Made by a program: the position numbers and the translations under genes
Origin: Opitutaceae bacterium
Lineage (GTDB): Bacteria; Verrucomicrobiota; Verrucomicrobiia; Opitutales; Coraliomargaritaceae
Direction: 5' to 3'
Length of the DNA: 64,000 nt
NCBI GenBank assembly: GCA_051252375.1
Contig: JBPOFY010000008.1
Coordinates: 32,001-96,000 of the forward strand
Part shown: positions 1-9,195 of the stretch, in pieces
Layout: each line of letters begins with the position of its first letter
Numbering within the stretch: position 1 is the stretch's first letter
Notes under the pieces: generated by a model
What the model was told of the DNA's origin: nothing
What the model saw: the letters and a program-made list of their open reading frames with translations, nothing else
Databases searched by the model: none

Positions 1-375
1 CAGAGATTCTGCGGGGAAGCCAGCCGAGCGCAGACGCGCTTCCGTTTTGGGCAACTCGATAGGATCTTGATCCACCGCGAGCAAGCAGCCGCCGGGCTGC
101 ACGGCTTTCAATAGTTCTGCAGCGTGACCTCCATAACCGAGCGTGCAGTCCACCACCCGCTCACTGGGTTGGACTGATAGTGCCTGCATGATCTCGTCCA
201 CCATAATCGGCACATGTTGCCCCGCAGGCGTTTTACCACCCGCGAGCACTTTGGCGACAGTGTCCGCGTGGCGCTCTGGGTTGAGCTCTTTGTATTTATC
301 CTCAAAGCGCCGCGGGTTCTTGCCCTTGTAACGCACTCGGCGCTTATGTGGTTCAGGAGTCTCTTCGCTGGTCAT
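1..375 (-). CDS. rsmH: 16S rRNA m4C1402 methyltransferase RsmH/MraW family, 5' part only (runs off the window start)
   Basis: Hand translation of the minus strand from ATG 375 (alternative 387): MTSEETPEPHKRRVRYKGKNPRRFEDKYKELNP...GQHVPIMVDEIM...VVDCTLGYGGHA...LLAVDQDP. HxP and DxTxGxGGH are RsmH motifs. Not in the ORF track because it has no stop in the window. Confidence 0.9.
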   Translation of the reverse strand, partial: MTSEETPEPHKRRVRYKGKNPRRFEDKYKELNPERHADTVAKVLAGGKTPAGQHVPIMVDEIMQALSVQPSERVVDCTLGYGGHAAELLKAVQPGGCLLAVDQDPIELPKTEARLRSAGFPAESL

Positions 376-445
376 GGCTGACACCATGCGAAAGCGCCAC
401 CAGTCGGCAAGCGGAATGGGAATGATCGGCGGGCGTCGGTATGAT

Positions 446-835
446 CTAATTCGAAAACCCTACAACGGGGTCGCTCCATTTTAAGTCAGTCAATAGACTC
501 TCGTCTGTAAGCGTGCGGAGAAATGCGACGAGTGCATCCTTCTCCTCCTGAGTTAATTGAAGCTGCCAAACATCGTCATTTCGATCGAGCAAGGCGCCCG
601 CGTCCGTCACATGATTATCACCTGGTGTGTTATCAGCGGCAATCAAAGTTTCCGACACGAGATGCTCGGGCCAGTAAATACGACTATACATATCCGGAAC
701 ACGAGGAAGCATCGGAGTCGCATATGCAGTGTCCCGATCAGAGGAATTTTTCGCAAAAGCGCACACCGAAAGCCCCGCAGACACGGCTATAAAAACGGCA
801 AGGCTGGATAGATTCTGAAGTACTCGCAGAAGCAT
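446..835 (-). pseudogene. Internally deleted di-haem cytochrome c peroxidase (CCP/MauG-like) remnant
   Basis: Signal-like N-terminus and DNTPGDNHVTDAGALL (typical CCP start) are joined almost directly to LQLTQEEKDALVAFLRTLTDESLLTDLKWSDP (typical CCP end). No CxxCH motif remains. Confidence 0.65.
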
Positions 836-908
836 ACCCAATGATCGCTCCGAACCGCACAAAAGTTGCACACGCATCGAAAAACTGACCAAAAACGGTC
901 ATCATACA

Positions 909-1946
909 TTAAACCCAGATAGGCGGCCATTGCCCATTACGCTCCTCATACTCATCAATGGCACCACTCCGATAATTTCCATCAGCATAACGTTCCTGAA
1001 CGCTATTATGAACAAATGTAGGGATATCATCTGGCTGAGGAATCACACGCTGTCGTTTCCCCAAGAGCTTATATTTCCCCTTATACTCATTGTGCTGCCT
1101 CGCCCTTGGATTAAGCACCACATCTTTCACATAATCCTCAAAAACGAGCCCACATTGTTCAGCTTCTTCACAAAGCCACGTCATGGGGATATCAGCCAAA
1201 ACAGTCCCATCCGAATCAGGCTTATAGCTACCACCAACATCCGAATGAACGCCAGCAAACCACACCTGCTTGAGATCGACTCCATCTTTCGGGTCCCAAA
1301 TTGTCGGCTCAAAATCATCGCGTAGCTCATCTAGGCACAAAGCATGTCGAGCAGTCACAATATTACTCCCGAGTTTTCTATCGTAAAACAGATGCTTATC
1401 CTTGATCAGTCCGAAAATACTAAATGGCAGTCCCATGGCACCAACAGTGTCCCAGACCCCGATAAAGTGCACCTTGACTTCCTGCTGGACGGAATGTGCC
1501 TCACGCCACTCTCTGGAGAACTCCCCACTCGGCTTATGCTTTTTCGTTTTGTAAATATCGAAAGCGCGCTCAACCAGCTTCCCTTCCGAACTTTTCAAAA
1601 TGCTACAGTTGTTAATCAAGCCGCATAAGCTCCTTACCGTGTATGCTCCACGACTAAATCCGAAGAGATAAATCTCGTCACCTGACTCATAATTATGAAC
1701 GAGAAAACGATAGCAATCCATCACGTTCTTCTCCAAGCCCGCACCAAACCCTCCTCCAGTCGCCTTATCGTGGTAAGAGCCAATTCCCCAATCATAGAAA
1801 ACGACTTGCTTCACATCGTCAGTGGTTTGCTGAGATATCCCGCGAGCAAACTTCAGAACGTTCGTCGGATATTGATCTTTATTTAGCTGCTCAGGACGGT
1901 TCCAAGTTCCGTCGGCACAAATTACAATTCGCTTGTTCTTGTTCAT
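909..1946 (-). CDS. DUF2235 (Tle1-like) alpha/beta hydrolase
   Basis: ICADGTWN, GFSRGA (GxSxG), GVWDTV and WFAGVHSDVGG motifs. Confidence 0.9.
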   Translation of the reverse strand: MNKNKRIVICADGTWNRPEQLNKDQYPTNVLKFARGISQQTTDDVKQVVFYDWGIGSYHDKATGGGFGAGLEKNVMDCYRFLVHNYESGDEIYLFGFSRGAYTVRSLCGLINNCSILKSSEGKLVERAFDIYKTKKHKPSGEFSREWREAHSVQQEVKVHFIGVWDTVGAMGLPFSIFGLIKDKHLFYDRKLGSNIVTARHALCLDELRDDFEPTIWDPKDGVDLKQVWFAGVHSDVGGSYKPDSDGTVLADIPMTWLCEEAEQCGLVFEDYVKDVVLNPRARQHNEYKGKYKLLGKRQRVIPQPDDIPTFVHNSVQERYADGNYRSGAIDEYEERNGQWPPIWV

Positions 1947-1952
1947 TACAAA

Positions 1953-2068
1953 ATCAACCGCTCAACAAGTATACCTGTCAAACGTTATTCTAAATACTTA
2001 TACAGCTCCCCCTAACCGCAAAAGGATAAGCAGGCTTAACACCCTATTTAATCAAGGATATGCCCCTA
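1953..2068 (-). promoter_or_regulatory. Duplicated promoter-like element, copy 1 (TTGACA-17 bp-GTTGAT with upstream TAGGG boxes)
   Basis: 1973..2002 matches 4758..4787 at 29/30. On the minus strand, TTGACA at 1981..1976 and GTTGAT at 1958..1953. Confidence 0.6.
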
Positions 2069-2133
2069 TCGAGAAAACCGTCGAACTCTAACCTTGAGCT
2101 AGAGCAACCCTCCGCTCCCCCTCTCACTTTAAA

Positions 2134-2949
2134 CTATTGTAAACCGTATTTCACGCCAATGATGATTTTATCATCATTTTCAAAAGTGGGCTCACTCCTG
2201 CCTCCCTCGTAACCAATAAATACATCCCAAGGAATGTGCTTAGGCTTATTTTTATCATCTGATAACGAATAATACAGAGCAACCGACAGCTTGTGAGAAT
2301 CAACTAAGCCAGCAGCCTTAATTGCAGCATTTCGCCCTGAAGAATGGCTATAGTCGAAACGGGTCTTGATCCTAAAGCGGTCGAGGGCCTGTGTGCTGTC
2401 AAATTTACTAAAATGAAGCGAATGCTCAATCGTCAGGATGTATCGCACATAGTCCTCAACAATAAATCGCTCAGAGTCCTGACCGAAAACGTATTCTGCA
2501 CCAAATCTAACACTCGGAAGTTCCAACTGGTTTGGCAGTATTTCGATCTGCCCAATGTAATAGCTCAGCGAAAGGCTTAGATTCCTAGCCTCGAACTGCT
2601 GATCAGACTCATGGTAGGCCTTCAGATATGCATACTGGATTGAATCGAATAACCACTCACCGTTCAGTTCATGCCTCAAATTCGCGCCAGCCTTGATTGC
2701 ATCAGTATTCAATTCATCATTAAAAAACAAATAGGTCCCTTCGGTGTAGAGCAGGAGCTCACTGTCCATTACCTCTACATAGTTTAACTTGTAAGCAACA
2801 TCCCACTCAAAACCAAGGGCGACTTTCAATTCCTGCATGCTATACTCAAATGCGGGTTTAATCTCGTCCTTATCCCACCCAGCATTGGCTGTCTGATAGA
2901 ACAACAACGATATAATGAGCCCGAAATATTTCACCTTATTATGCGTCAT
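2134..2949 (-). CDS. Hypothetical exported, probably outer-membrane beta-barrel protein
   Basis: Signal peptide ending ANA, alternating aromatic/hydrophobic beta-strand pattern, C-terminal IIGVKYGLQ. Overlaps the upstream amidohydrolase by 11 bp. Confidence 0.6.
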   Translation of the reverse strand: MTHNKVKYFGLIISLLFYQTANAGWDKDEIKPAFEYSMQELKVALGFEWDVAYKLNYVEVMDSELLLYTEGTYLFFNDELNTDAIKAGANLRHELNGEWLFDSIQYAYLKAYHESDQQFEARNLSLSLSYYIGQIEILPNQLELPSVRFGAEYVFGQDSERFIVEDYVRYILTIEHSLHFSKFDSTQALDRFRIKTRFDYSHSSGRNAAIKAAGLVDSHKLSVALYYSLSDDKNKPKHIPWDVFIGYEGGRSEPTFENDDKIIIGVKYGLQ

Positions 2950-4645
2950 AATACTTATCTAGTTCGTATGTGAACTGCTTAACTGTCGCAGTTTCTTTAA
3001 GAAGGTAATCAACTATTTTCACATCAAATCCTGGAGCATCGTTCCGCACGACCCCTTGATCAACCAGTTCACGCTTTAGTTTTTTAACAAACTTCCGAGC
3101 GCGCCCACGCTTAAATTCATCACTATCTCCGTGGTCAAACAAACGACGCCTCATCAAGACATCCCTTGCCTCATCAAACGATGTGCTTTGACTTAAGTAT
3201 CGGGCTTTTTTCATGAACGTATAGACCACGCTTTGAAGTCGGATTGACTCACTCCAGCCATCCCCCAAATCCCTGATCTGCAAAATCAAGTCCGGATCTG
3301 TTAAATCAAGATAAGAAGCTAACCATGAAGCCGGCTTGCCGGACACATGAGCTACATTGCTCTTCAGGAAAGCGATGTAGTTTCGCATATTTACATCAAT
3401 CTCTCCCCCTTGATCAGGTAAGCCGAGAAAGCGAATAGGGTTTGCGCTTGTTATTTCCACAAACTCTTCATCGCTGAAACGCCGTTCAAAATATGTCCAA
3501 TAACTCGACTCAGCCATTTGCTGCTGCACGAGAAATGAATCAGAGCCAAACAAAATCTGTGAACCAATGTCCGGGTCATCAAGAAGCAGTTTCATATTAT
3601 GGAAATACTGTATTTCCTGCGCTGAACCTTCCAACTGCTTAACATGGTAGGAAATGTCAGCGTAAACACGCCCACCGTAGCTAGGCTCACGCATCAAATC
3701 TAAAATCTCTGCGGTGTAACCTAAGATATTAGTTGTGACCAAATTCTTCTCATCTCCAAAATGGCCGAAGCATAAGCGCAAATTTGAATAATCTGGGTTT
3801 TCCAATATTGGGCGCCATAGAGATGGTCTACAATTCGCAACGTCATCTTCACTCTTGATGAACCCAGACATATTACAGTGCAACAATACTGGATATCCAT
3901 TATCACTACAAAACTTGTAAATTTCCATTAACTTCGGGTCGTCAATCCTATACCCAAGGCTCGGATACAACTTAACCCCAACGCAGCCCTTCTCTTTGAG
4001 CGCATTAAGAACAATTTCAACAACATCCCGTCGATTCGGGTTCGCTTTTACGAATGGAAGTATACGCCCTGGGTATTTGTATATCTGAGCGGATGTATCC
4101 TTTATCTGCTGCTCGAAGAGGGCATTATCGGTTTCATCCTCTTCACAAATATCCATCATCAGAGCAACAAAAGCATCATCATCATGAAGCTCAGCTATAA
4201 ACTCTTTTGTTAAAGCATCAATACTTGGGGATAAACCACGTAAAACAAAACGAATCAGATCATAGAGATTCTTAGTCCGCGCATCTTTATCTGCGTCATC
4301 TTTAGACAATAAGTCCATGACCTTGTCGAAAACGGAGTCGCTCACCAATTCAGTGACGAAGTCCAAATTTCCGTCCAGTGCCAACGAAACAGAAGCATCC
4401 GCCCCATATTTATCGTTTAGGTCCTTTAATCCGCCCTTAATACTATCAGATAGTGAGATTTGCTCAAGCAACTCCTTTCGCAGATCTCCCTTGTGTGGGA
4501 TCTCCTCCAGAAGTTTCTCAAACAACCAACTGATAATCCAATTATCTCCCCATTCATCAAGCAATCGCTTCTTAAGGAATGCTCTAAAACCAGGGCCATT
4601 CAGAGAATGCAAGTTGTGAACGTGAGCGTGACAATTTATTCTCAT
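2939..4645 (-). CDS. Amidohydrolase family (Amidohydro_2-like) metallo-hydrolase with C-terminal extension
   Basis: N-terminal HAH, KLYPSLGY, LLHC, GHFG, YADISY and LFGSD TIM-barrel metal-ligand motifs. Confidence 0.8.
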   Translation of the reverse strand: MRINCHAHVHNLHSLNGPGFRAFLKKRLLDEWGDNWIISWLFEKLLEEIPHKGDLRKELLEQISLSDSIKGGLKDLNDKYGADASVSLALDGNLDFVTELVSDSVFDKVMDLLSKDDADKDARTKNLYDLIRFVLRGLSPSIDALTKEFIAELHDDDAFVALMMDICEEDETDNALFEQQIKDTSAQIYKYPGRILPFVKANPNRRDVVEIVLNALKEKGCVGVKLYPSLGYRIDDPKLMEIYKFCSDNGYPVLLHCNMSGFIKSEDDVANCRPSLWRPILENPDYSNLRLCFGHFGDEKNLVTTNILGYTAEILDLMREPSYGGRVYADISYHVKQLEGSAQEIQYFHNMKLLLDDPDIGSQILFGSDSFLVQQQMAESSYWTYFERRFSDEEFVEITSANPIRFLGLPDQGGEIDVNMRNYIAFLKSNVAHVSGKPASWLASYLDLTDPDLILQIRDLGDGWSESIRLQSVVYTFMKKARYLSQSTSFDEARDVLMRRRLFDHGDSDEFKRGRARKFVKKLKRELVDQGVVRNDAPGFDVKIVDYLLKETATVKQFTYELDKYYDA

Positions 4646-4737
4646 AAAAACAGATCGTTAATGATTTCAGAAAAGTGATAAATGGAACCGGCTTATTTCC
4701 CAATAATTGCTAGATCGCAGAGCACTTGAATTTAAGG

Positions 4738-4852
4738 ATCAACAATCGAATAAGCACACCTGTCAAACGTTATTCAAAATACTTATAAGGATTCCCTAAC
4801 TATGGCAGAATAAGGAGGGCTTACACCCTAACCAAATAAGGATATAGCCCTA
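4738..4852 (-). promoter_or_regulatory. Duplicated promoter-like element, copy 2
   Basis: TTGACA at 4766..4761, 17-bp spacer, GTTGAT at 4743..4738. Three GTTAGGG...TCCTTAT units lie upstream on the minus strand. Confidence 0.6.
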
Positions 4853-5119
4853 ACGGAGAGAGAAAGGTATCACTCAGGAAATAGAATTCGCCAATAGTCT
4901 CGAGTGATCTACGCCCATCTGGCAGGCAACTCAGCTTAGCTTTTCCGCAATTATTTTCGCCCTTCGCGCGCCGCCATAAGTAGATATAATGACACAGATG
5001 GTAGCCCATAATATCCACCTCAACGCACGCGCTCATCCCCCATGGACATTGACCACAGGAGCAAAAAATTACATTACGGTTAGGTCTGGACGTCACCGCC
5101 CCTCAAACCCTCCTAGGAA

Positions 5120-5860
5120 ATGAAGAAGACATTGATCAGCATCGGCCTCGCTATTGCAACGACAGCAGGAGTCCATGCACAACTCCTCAACGAAACTTTT
5201 AGCTATGGGGACGGCTCACTAGTCGGAGCGACGGGGAGCCCTTGGGTGACTAATTTTAGCGGTGGTGCAGGCGAACAAAATGTCACTTCTGGAAGCCTGT
5301 TTTTAGATGATAACGAGACAGAAGATACCAAGGCATGGCTCCTTCCATTCGTGAGTTCGGGGGTGATCTCCGCCACATTCGAGCTAACCATGGTTTCGGC
5401 GGGAGCCGCGAATATAAGCGCCGAAGACAAATACTTCACTCATTTCGTCGGCAATGACACGCTAGCCGGTGTAGGCCTCGAAAGTATCGGACGTGTATTC
5501 ACATACAAAGACACTGGAAGTAGCACTGATACGATACTAGGACTCTCCAACTCCAGTTCGACGGCGAGCGTCCTGTTCGCCACAAAACTAGCGCTCAATC
5601 AGGCTTATACGCTTACTCTGAGCTATGACTTTGCAACAGTGACATCCACTCTAACAATCGATGGCATTGGCTCCATCGTGGCCACCGACACAGCAGCAAC
5701 CATCGCTCGAATAGAAGGCTATGGATTCCAACAGCAGTCATTAACAGGAGACCTGTTTATCGACAATCTGACCATTGTCCCAGAACCAAAAAGCGCAGCG
5801 CTAATCCTAGCGATTTGCGCGCTAAGCGCAGTTGGCATGCGTCGACAACGGAACCGATAA
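5120..5860 (+). CDS. PEP-CTERM sorting-domain surface protein
   Basis: Signal peptide; C-terminal IVPEP, then a hydrophobic helix and RRQRNR. Confidence 0.9.
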   Translation: MKKTLISIGLAIATTAGVHAQLLNETFSYGDGSLVGATGSPWVTNFSGGAGEQNVTSGSLFLDDNETEDTKAWLLPFVSSGVISATFELTMVSAGAANISAEDKYFTHFVGNDTLAGVGLESIGRVFTYKDTGSSTDTILGLSNSSSTASVLFATKLALNQAYTLTLSYDFATVTSTLTIDGIGSIVATDTAATIARIEGYGFQQQSLTGDLFIDNLTIVPEPKSAALILAICALSAVGMRRQRNR

Positions 5861-6067
5861 GGTATGACCGGGAGACATAGTCTAACAGTAGCCAACCCCC
5901 ATGAAATCTGCCACCAATTGGTGGATCAATGCCTGGATGGCTGCTCATGGAGTCCCGCAAGTGTTTGCAAGGATTACCGTGAAATCAGAACCTGCATATG
6001 GAAAGAGGTCTTCCAAAAACAGTGGGCAAAAAATAAGTATGCGCTTTTAACCAAAGAGGAAACGTAA

Positions 6068-6979
6068 ATGAAACGCTTCTTCTCTCAAATCGGGAATATC
6101 TTCCTAAATACAGCAAACAAGACCCACTCGACCGAGGTCTATGCACTGGTGGGCAAGTCGGGCACGGGCAAGAGCTTTCGTGCGCGTCTCATCGCCGATG
6201 CGCGTAGCATCGAGGCGATCATCGACGATGGTCTGCTGATCTATCAGGGGAAAATTATCGCGGGCAAATCTGCAAAACAAACCCAGCACTACATCACCGC
6301 CGTCAAAACCGCCATGTTCAACGATCTGGAACACCGGGCTGAAGTGATCCGCGCCCTAGAGGTGAACCAGTTCGACAAGATACTGCTGCTCGGAACAAGC
6401 GACCGAATGATTCTCCGAAATTGCACGACGCTCAACTTACCAGAGCCTCGCGAGATCATCAAAATTGAGGACGTCGCTTCGAAGCGAGAAATCGATGCCG
6501 CGATCCATGATCGTAAAGTGCACGGTCGGCACATCATCCCGCTGCCTGTAATCGAGGTAAAGCAAGCCTACCCGAAACTGATGGCGCATGCGATCAAGGT
6601 GCTCTTTGACCGCGCGCTGCATAAAAAAAGTTACGATAAAACTATCGTTCGCCCGCAATTTCATTTGAAAGGTAAGATCACAATTTCTGAAGCAGCCTTA
6701 ACCCAAATGATTCTTCACTGCGTGCGCGAGAAAGCCCCGACGATTGTAATCAGAAAAATCAGGATCAAGCCGGATGATAAGGGCTACATCATCAAGATGC
6801 GCGTCTCAATGTCCTATGGAAGTGACGCGGCTCATACCTGCCAAGAACTGCACGACTATGTCATTCGTCAGATCGAGAGCTTCACCGGCATTACAATCGC
6901 GAAATTAAGTATCCATATCGAATCTGTCGATGAAGGTGAAACTTTGCCGTGCCTAACTTCTGATATAGACGCAGCCTAA
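6068..6979 (+). CDS. P-loop NTPase fused to an Asp23/Gls24-like domain
   Basis: Walker A GKSGTGKS, IIDDGLL; C-terminal GKITISEAAL...VIRQIESFTGITIAKLSIHIESV resembles Asp23. GAGGA RBS upstream. Confidence 0.75.
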   Translation: MKRFFSQIGNIFLNTANKTHSTEVYALVGKSGTGKSFRARLIADARSIEAIIDDGLLIYQGKIIAGKSAKQTQHYITAVKTAMFNDLEHRAEVIRALEVNQFDKILLLGTSDRMILRNCTTLNLPEPREIIKIEDVASKREIDAAIHDRKVHGRHIIPLPVIEVKQAYPKLMAHAIKVLFDRALHKKSYDKTIVRPQFHLKGKITISEAALTQMILHCVREKAPTIVIRKIRIKPDDKGYIIKMRVSMSYGSDAAHTCQELHDYVIRQIESFTGITIAKLSIHIESVDEGETLPCLTSDIDAA

Positions 6980-7061
6980 TCGTATACGGGCGCGCGGCGT
7001 GTGGGGGTCGTGAAATTAGAAGATGAACCTAGTAGATCAAATGTAGATCGATCTGAGGCTC

Positions 7062-7448
7062 CTAAACCATTGCCTGACCACGTGCGCACAGTTGAATAGA
7101 GAAGCCCCAAGGGTCACGAAGCATTGCGAGTTGATCGCCATTCGCTAAAGCATCTGGTCCAGAGAACAACTCGGCCCCAGCTTGTATAAGCGCAGCGGTC
7201 TTCTCTTCGACCTGCTCGCAGACAAAGGCAAGGTGCAGCAAGAGTGGATGCATCTCCCGATAATTGGGCGTCTCAACCGCAGGATTATTATAAATCTCGA
7301 TCATCACTTGCCCACTCGAGTCTGCGAGAAAACGCACTGGCGCATCCCCATCCAAGGCGCGCTTCACGGTGAAACCAAATTGTGCACAATACCAGTCGGC
7401 GACCTCTGCTGGTGAATCTACTTGAAACGCAAAATGTTCGATTTTCAT
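7062..7448 (-). CDS. VOC/glyoxalase family protein
   Basis: MKIEHFAFQV, LHLAF, LRDPWGFSIQL; start placed at ATG 7448. Confidence 0.9.
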   Translation of the reverse strand: MKIEHFAFQVDSPAEVADWYCAQFGFTVKRALDGDAPVRFLADSSGQVMIEIYNNPAVETPNYREMHPLLLHLAFVCEQVEEKTAALIQAGAELFSGPDALANGDQLAMLRDPWGFSIQLCARGQAMV

Positions 7449-7648
7449 ACCGCCATCACGCCTCAAAAAAACCTGAGTGACGAGGTCAAAAAATGTGCTA
7501 CTGGAATTGAAGGAAGCAGTGAATTCAGTCTTTCCGTAGTCGCGTATCAAACGCCCCCCTATCGAACCAGCTTGGTCTTGCTAAGCGACTTCGCTACGCT
7601 ATAGACTGCTATTTCACCCCACCCAAATCAATCAGGAGAAATAGCGCT

Positions 7649-9058
7649 ATGAATATCAAAATACGATTTCTAGGTGCGACACGCGGAGTCACTGGCTCGC
7701 AATATGTCGTCGAAGCGAACAACCAACGGGTCATGATTGACTGCGGCTACTATCAAGAGCGCGCGCTTCAAGATCGTAACTGGGAGCCTTTTAAAATTGC
7801 CCCAGATACACTGAATGCCGTGCTGCTCACGCACGCGCATCTCGACCACTGCGGGCTCATCCCGAAGCTCGGAAAGGAAGGGCTGCGCGCAAATATTTTT
7901 TGCACCTCGGCCACGGGCGACATCGCGCAGATCGTGATGAAGGACAGCGCCAAAATACAGGAGGAAGATGCCGCCTATAAAAAGAAGCGGCACGCACGCG
8001 AAGGTCGCAAAGGCAAACACCCTGAAGTGCCGTTGTTCACGATCGACGATGCCGAGCGTGTTTGCGGGCTAATTAGCCACGTGCCTTTCAACGAAACGAC
8101 ACGTGTCGCCGACGGCTTTGAAGCAACCTTCTACGAGAGTGGACACATCCTGGGCGCTGCGAGCATTCTGCTTAAAGTCAGTTCCGGAGGCGAAACACGC
8201 ACGATCCTCTTTTCCGGCGACATCGGACGTAATGATGTGCCAATCCTCCGCGACCCAACCCTATTTACAGGTGGTGCCGACTATGTCGTCATGGAATCGA
8301 CCTACGGCGACCGCGACCATAAAGAAGCCGGCGACATCCACCAGCAACTTGCCGATGTGGTCAACGAAGCCCATCGAAGCGGTGGTAACGTCATCATACC
8401 AAGCTTTGCCGTGGAACGCTCGCAAGAGTTAATGTATTATTTAGGCGAACTACTAGAGACCAAACGGATCCTGCCCACCATGGTTTTCGTGGATAGCCCG
8501 ATGGCTGTGCGAGTGACTGACATCTTCCGCCGCCATCCTGAGCTCTTCGACGAGGACGCCAGGGAGAAGCTCAACCGCGGCAAACACCCCTGCGACTTCC
8601 CTTCACTTAAAATGACCAAGAGCACGGCACAGTCCAAAGCCATCAACACGATACGTGGCACGATTATTGTGATCGCAGGCTCCGGCATGTGCACGGGCGG
8701 GCGCATCAAGCACCACTTGAAAGCCAACATCGGACGCCCAGAGAGCACGATCTTGTTTGTCGGCTATCAAGCGCAAGGCACCTTGGGACGGCACATACTA
8801 GGCGGTGCAGATGAAATCCGCCTCCATGGAGCACAGCATAAAGTCCGCGCACGAATTGCGCAAATTCATGGCTTCTCCGGACACGCGGGCCATTCAGAAC
8901 TTATCGCATGGGTCTCCGCGATTAAAGAGAAACCGCGCCGTATATTTGTCACGCATGGCGAAGAAAAGGTCGCGATCCAATTCGCTCAAGAACTCGAAAC
9001 CACACTAGGCGTGCCAAGTGTCGCACCCGAGTTTGACTCAAGCTACGACTTGGAATAG
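7649..9058 (+). CDS. MBL-fold beta-CASP metallo-hydrolase (YSH1-like putative RNase)
   Basis: THAHLDH, GHILGA, FSGD, MESTYG, FSGHA and THGE motifs; AGGAGA RBS. Confidence 0.93.
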   Translation: MNIKIRFLGATRGVTGSQYVVEANNQRVMIDCGYYQERALQDRNWEPFKIAPDTLNAVLLTHAHLDHCGLIPKLGKEGLRANIFCTSATGDIAQIVMKDSAKIQEEDAAYKKKRHAREGRKGKHPEVPLFTIDDAERVCGLISHVPFNETTRVADGFEATFYESGHILGAASILLKVSSGGETRTILFSGDIGRNDVPILRDPTLFTGGADYVVMESTYGDRDHKEAGDIHQQLADVVNEAHRSGGNVIIPSFAVERSQELMYYLGELLETKRILPTMVFVDSPMAVRVTDIFRRHPELFDEDAREKLNRGKHPCDFPSLKMTKSTAQSKAINTIRGTIIVIAGSGMCTGGRIKHHLKANIGRPESTILFVGYQAQGTLGRHILGGADEIRLHGAQHKVRARIAQIHGFSGHAGHSELIAWVSAIKEKPRRIFVTHGEEKVAIQFAQELETTLGVPSVAPEFDSSYDLE

Positions 9059-9066
9059 TGGAGCGA

Positions 9067-9082
9067 ACAACGTGATGCGCTG
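9067..9082 (+). repeat. 16-bp direct repeat ACAACGTGATGCGCTG, copy 1
   Basis: Identical to 11061..11076; both copies are preceded closely by GAGCG and follow a plus-strand stop codon. Confidence 0.7.
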
Positions 9083-9148
9083 GGGCCACTTCAGTCGAAA
9101 CGTGCCAATTGAATTGAAGTCGATCGCGGAGTAATAAAACGGAGAGAC

Positions 9149-9177
9149 AAAAAAGCGGGACCGTCGAAACGATCCCG
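9149..9177 (-). terminator. Intrinsic terminator of the DUF2202 gene
   Basis: Minus strand GCGGGATCG-TTTCGA-CGGTCCCGC followed by TTTTTT. Confidence 0.75.
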
Positions 9178-9195
9178 CCGAAATGAGCCGACTCT

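Noticed and set aside
909..1946. DUF2235 gene as evidence of a type VI secretion effector locus
   Set aside because: No VgrG, PAAR, Hcp or clear immunity gene is nearby, and the family is common outside T6SS.
4790..4855. GTTAGGG repeats as integron attI/attC core sites
   Set aside because: They do not fit GTTRRRY, there is no inverse core forming an attC hairpin and no integrase; a promoter-associated array fits better.
5864..6067. 67-aa ORF abutting the P-loop/Asp23 gene
   Set aside because: No recognisable motif, and its end simply contains the downstream RBS; it cannot be supported, though it is not excluded.
7649..9058. MBL/beta-CASP nuclease as part of a defence system
   Set aside because: It looks like the ordinary widespread YSH1-like family and has no defence-type neighbours.
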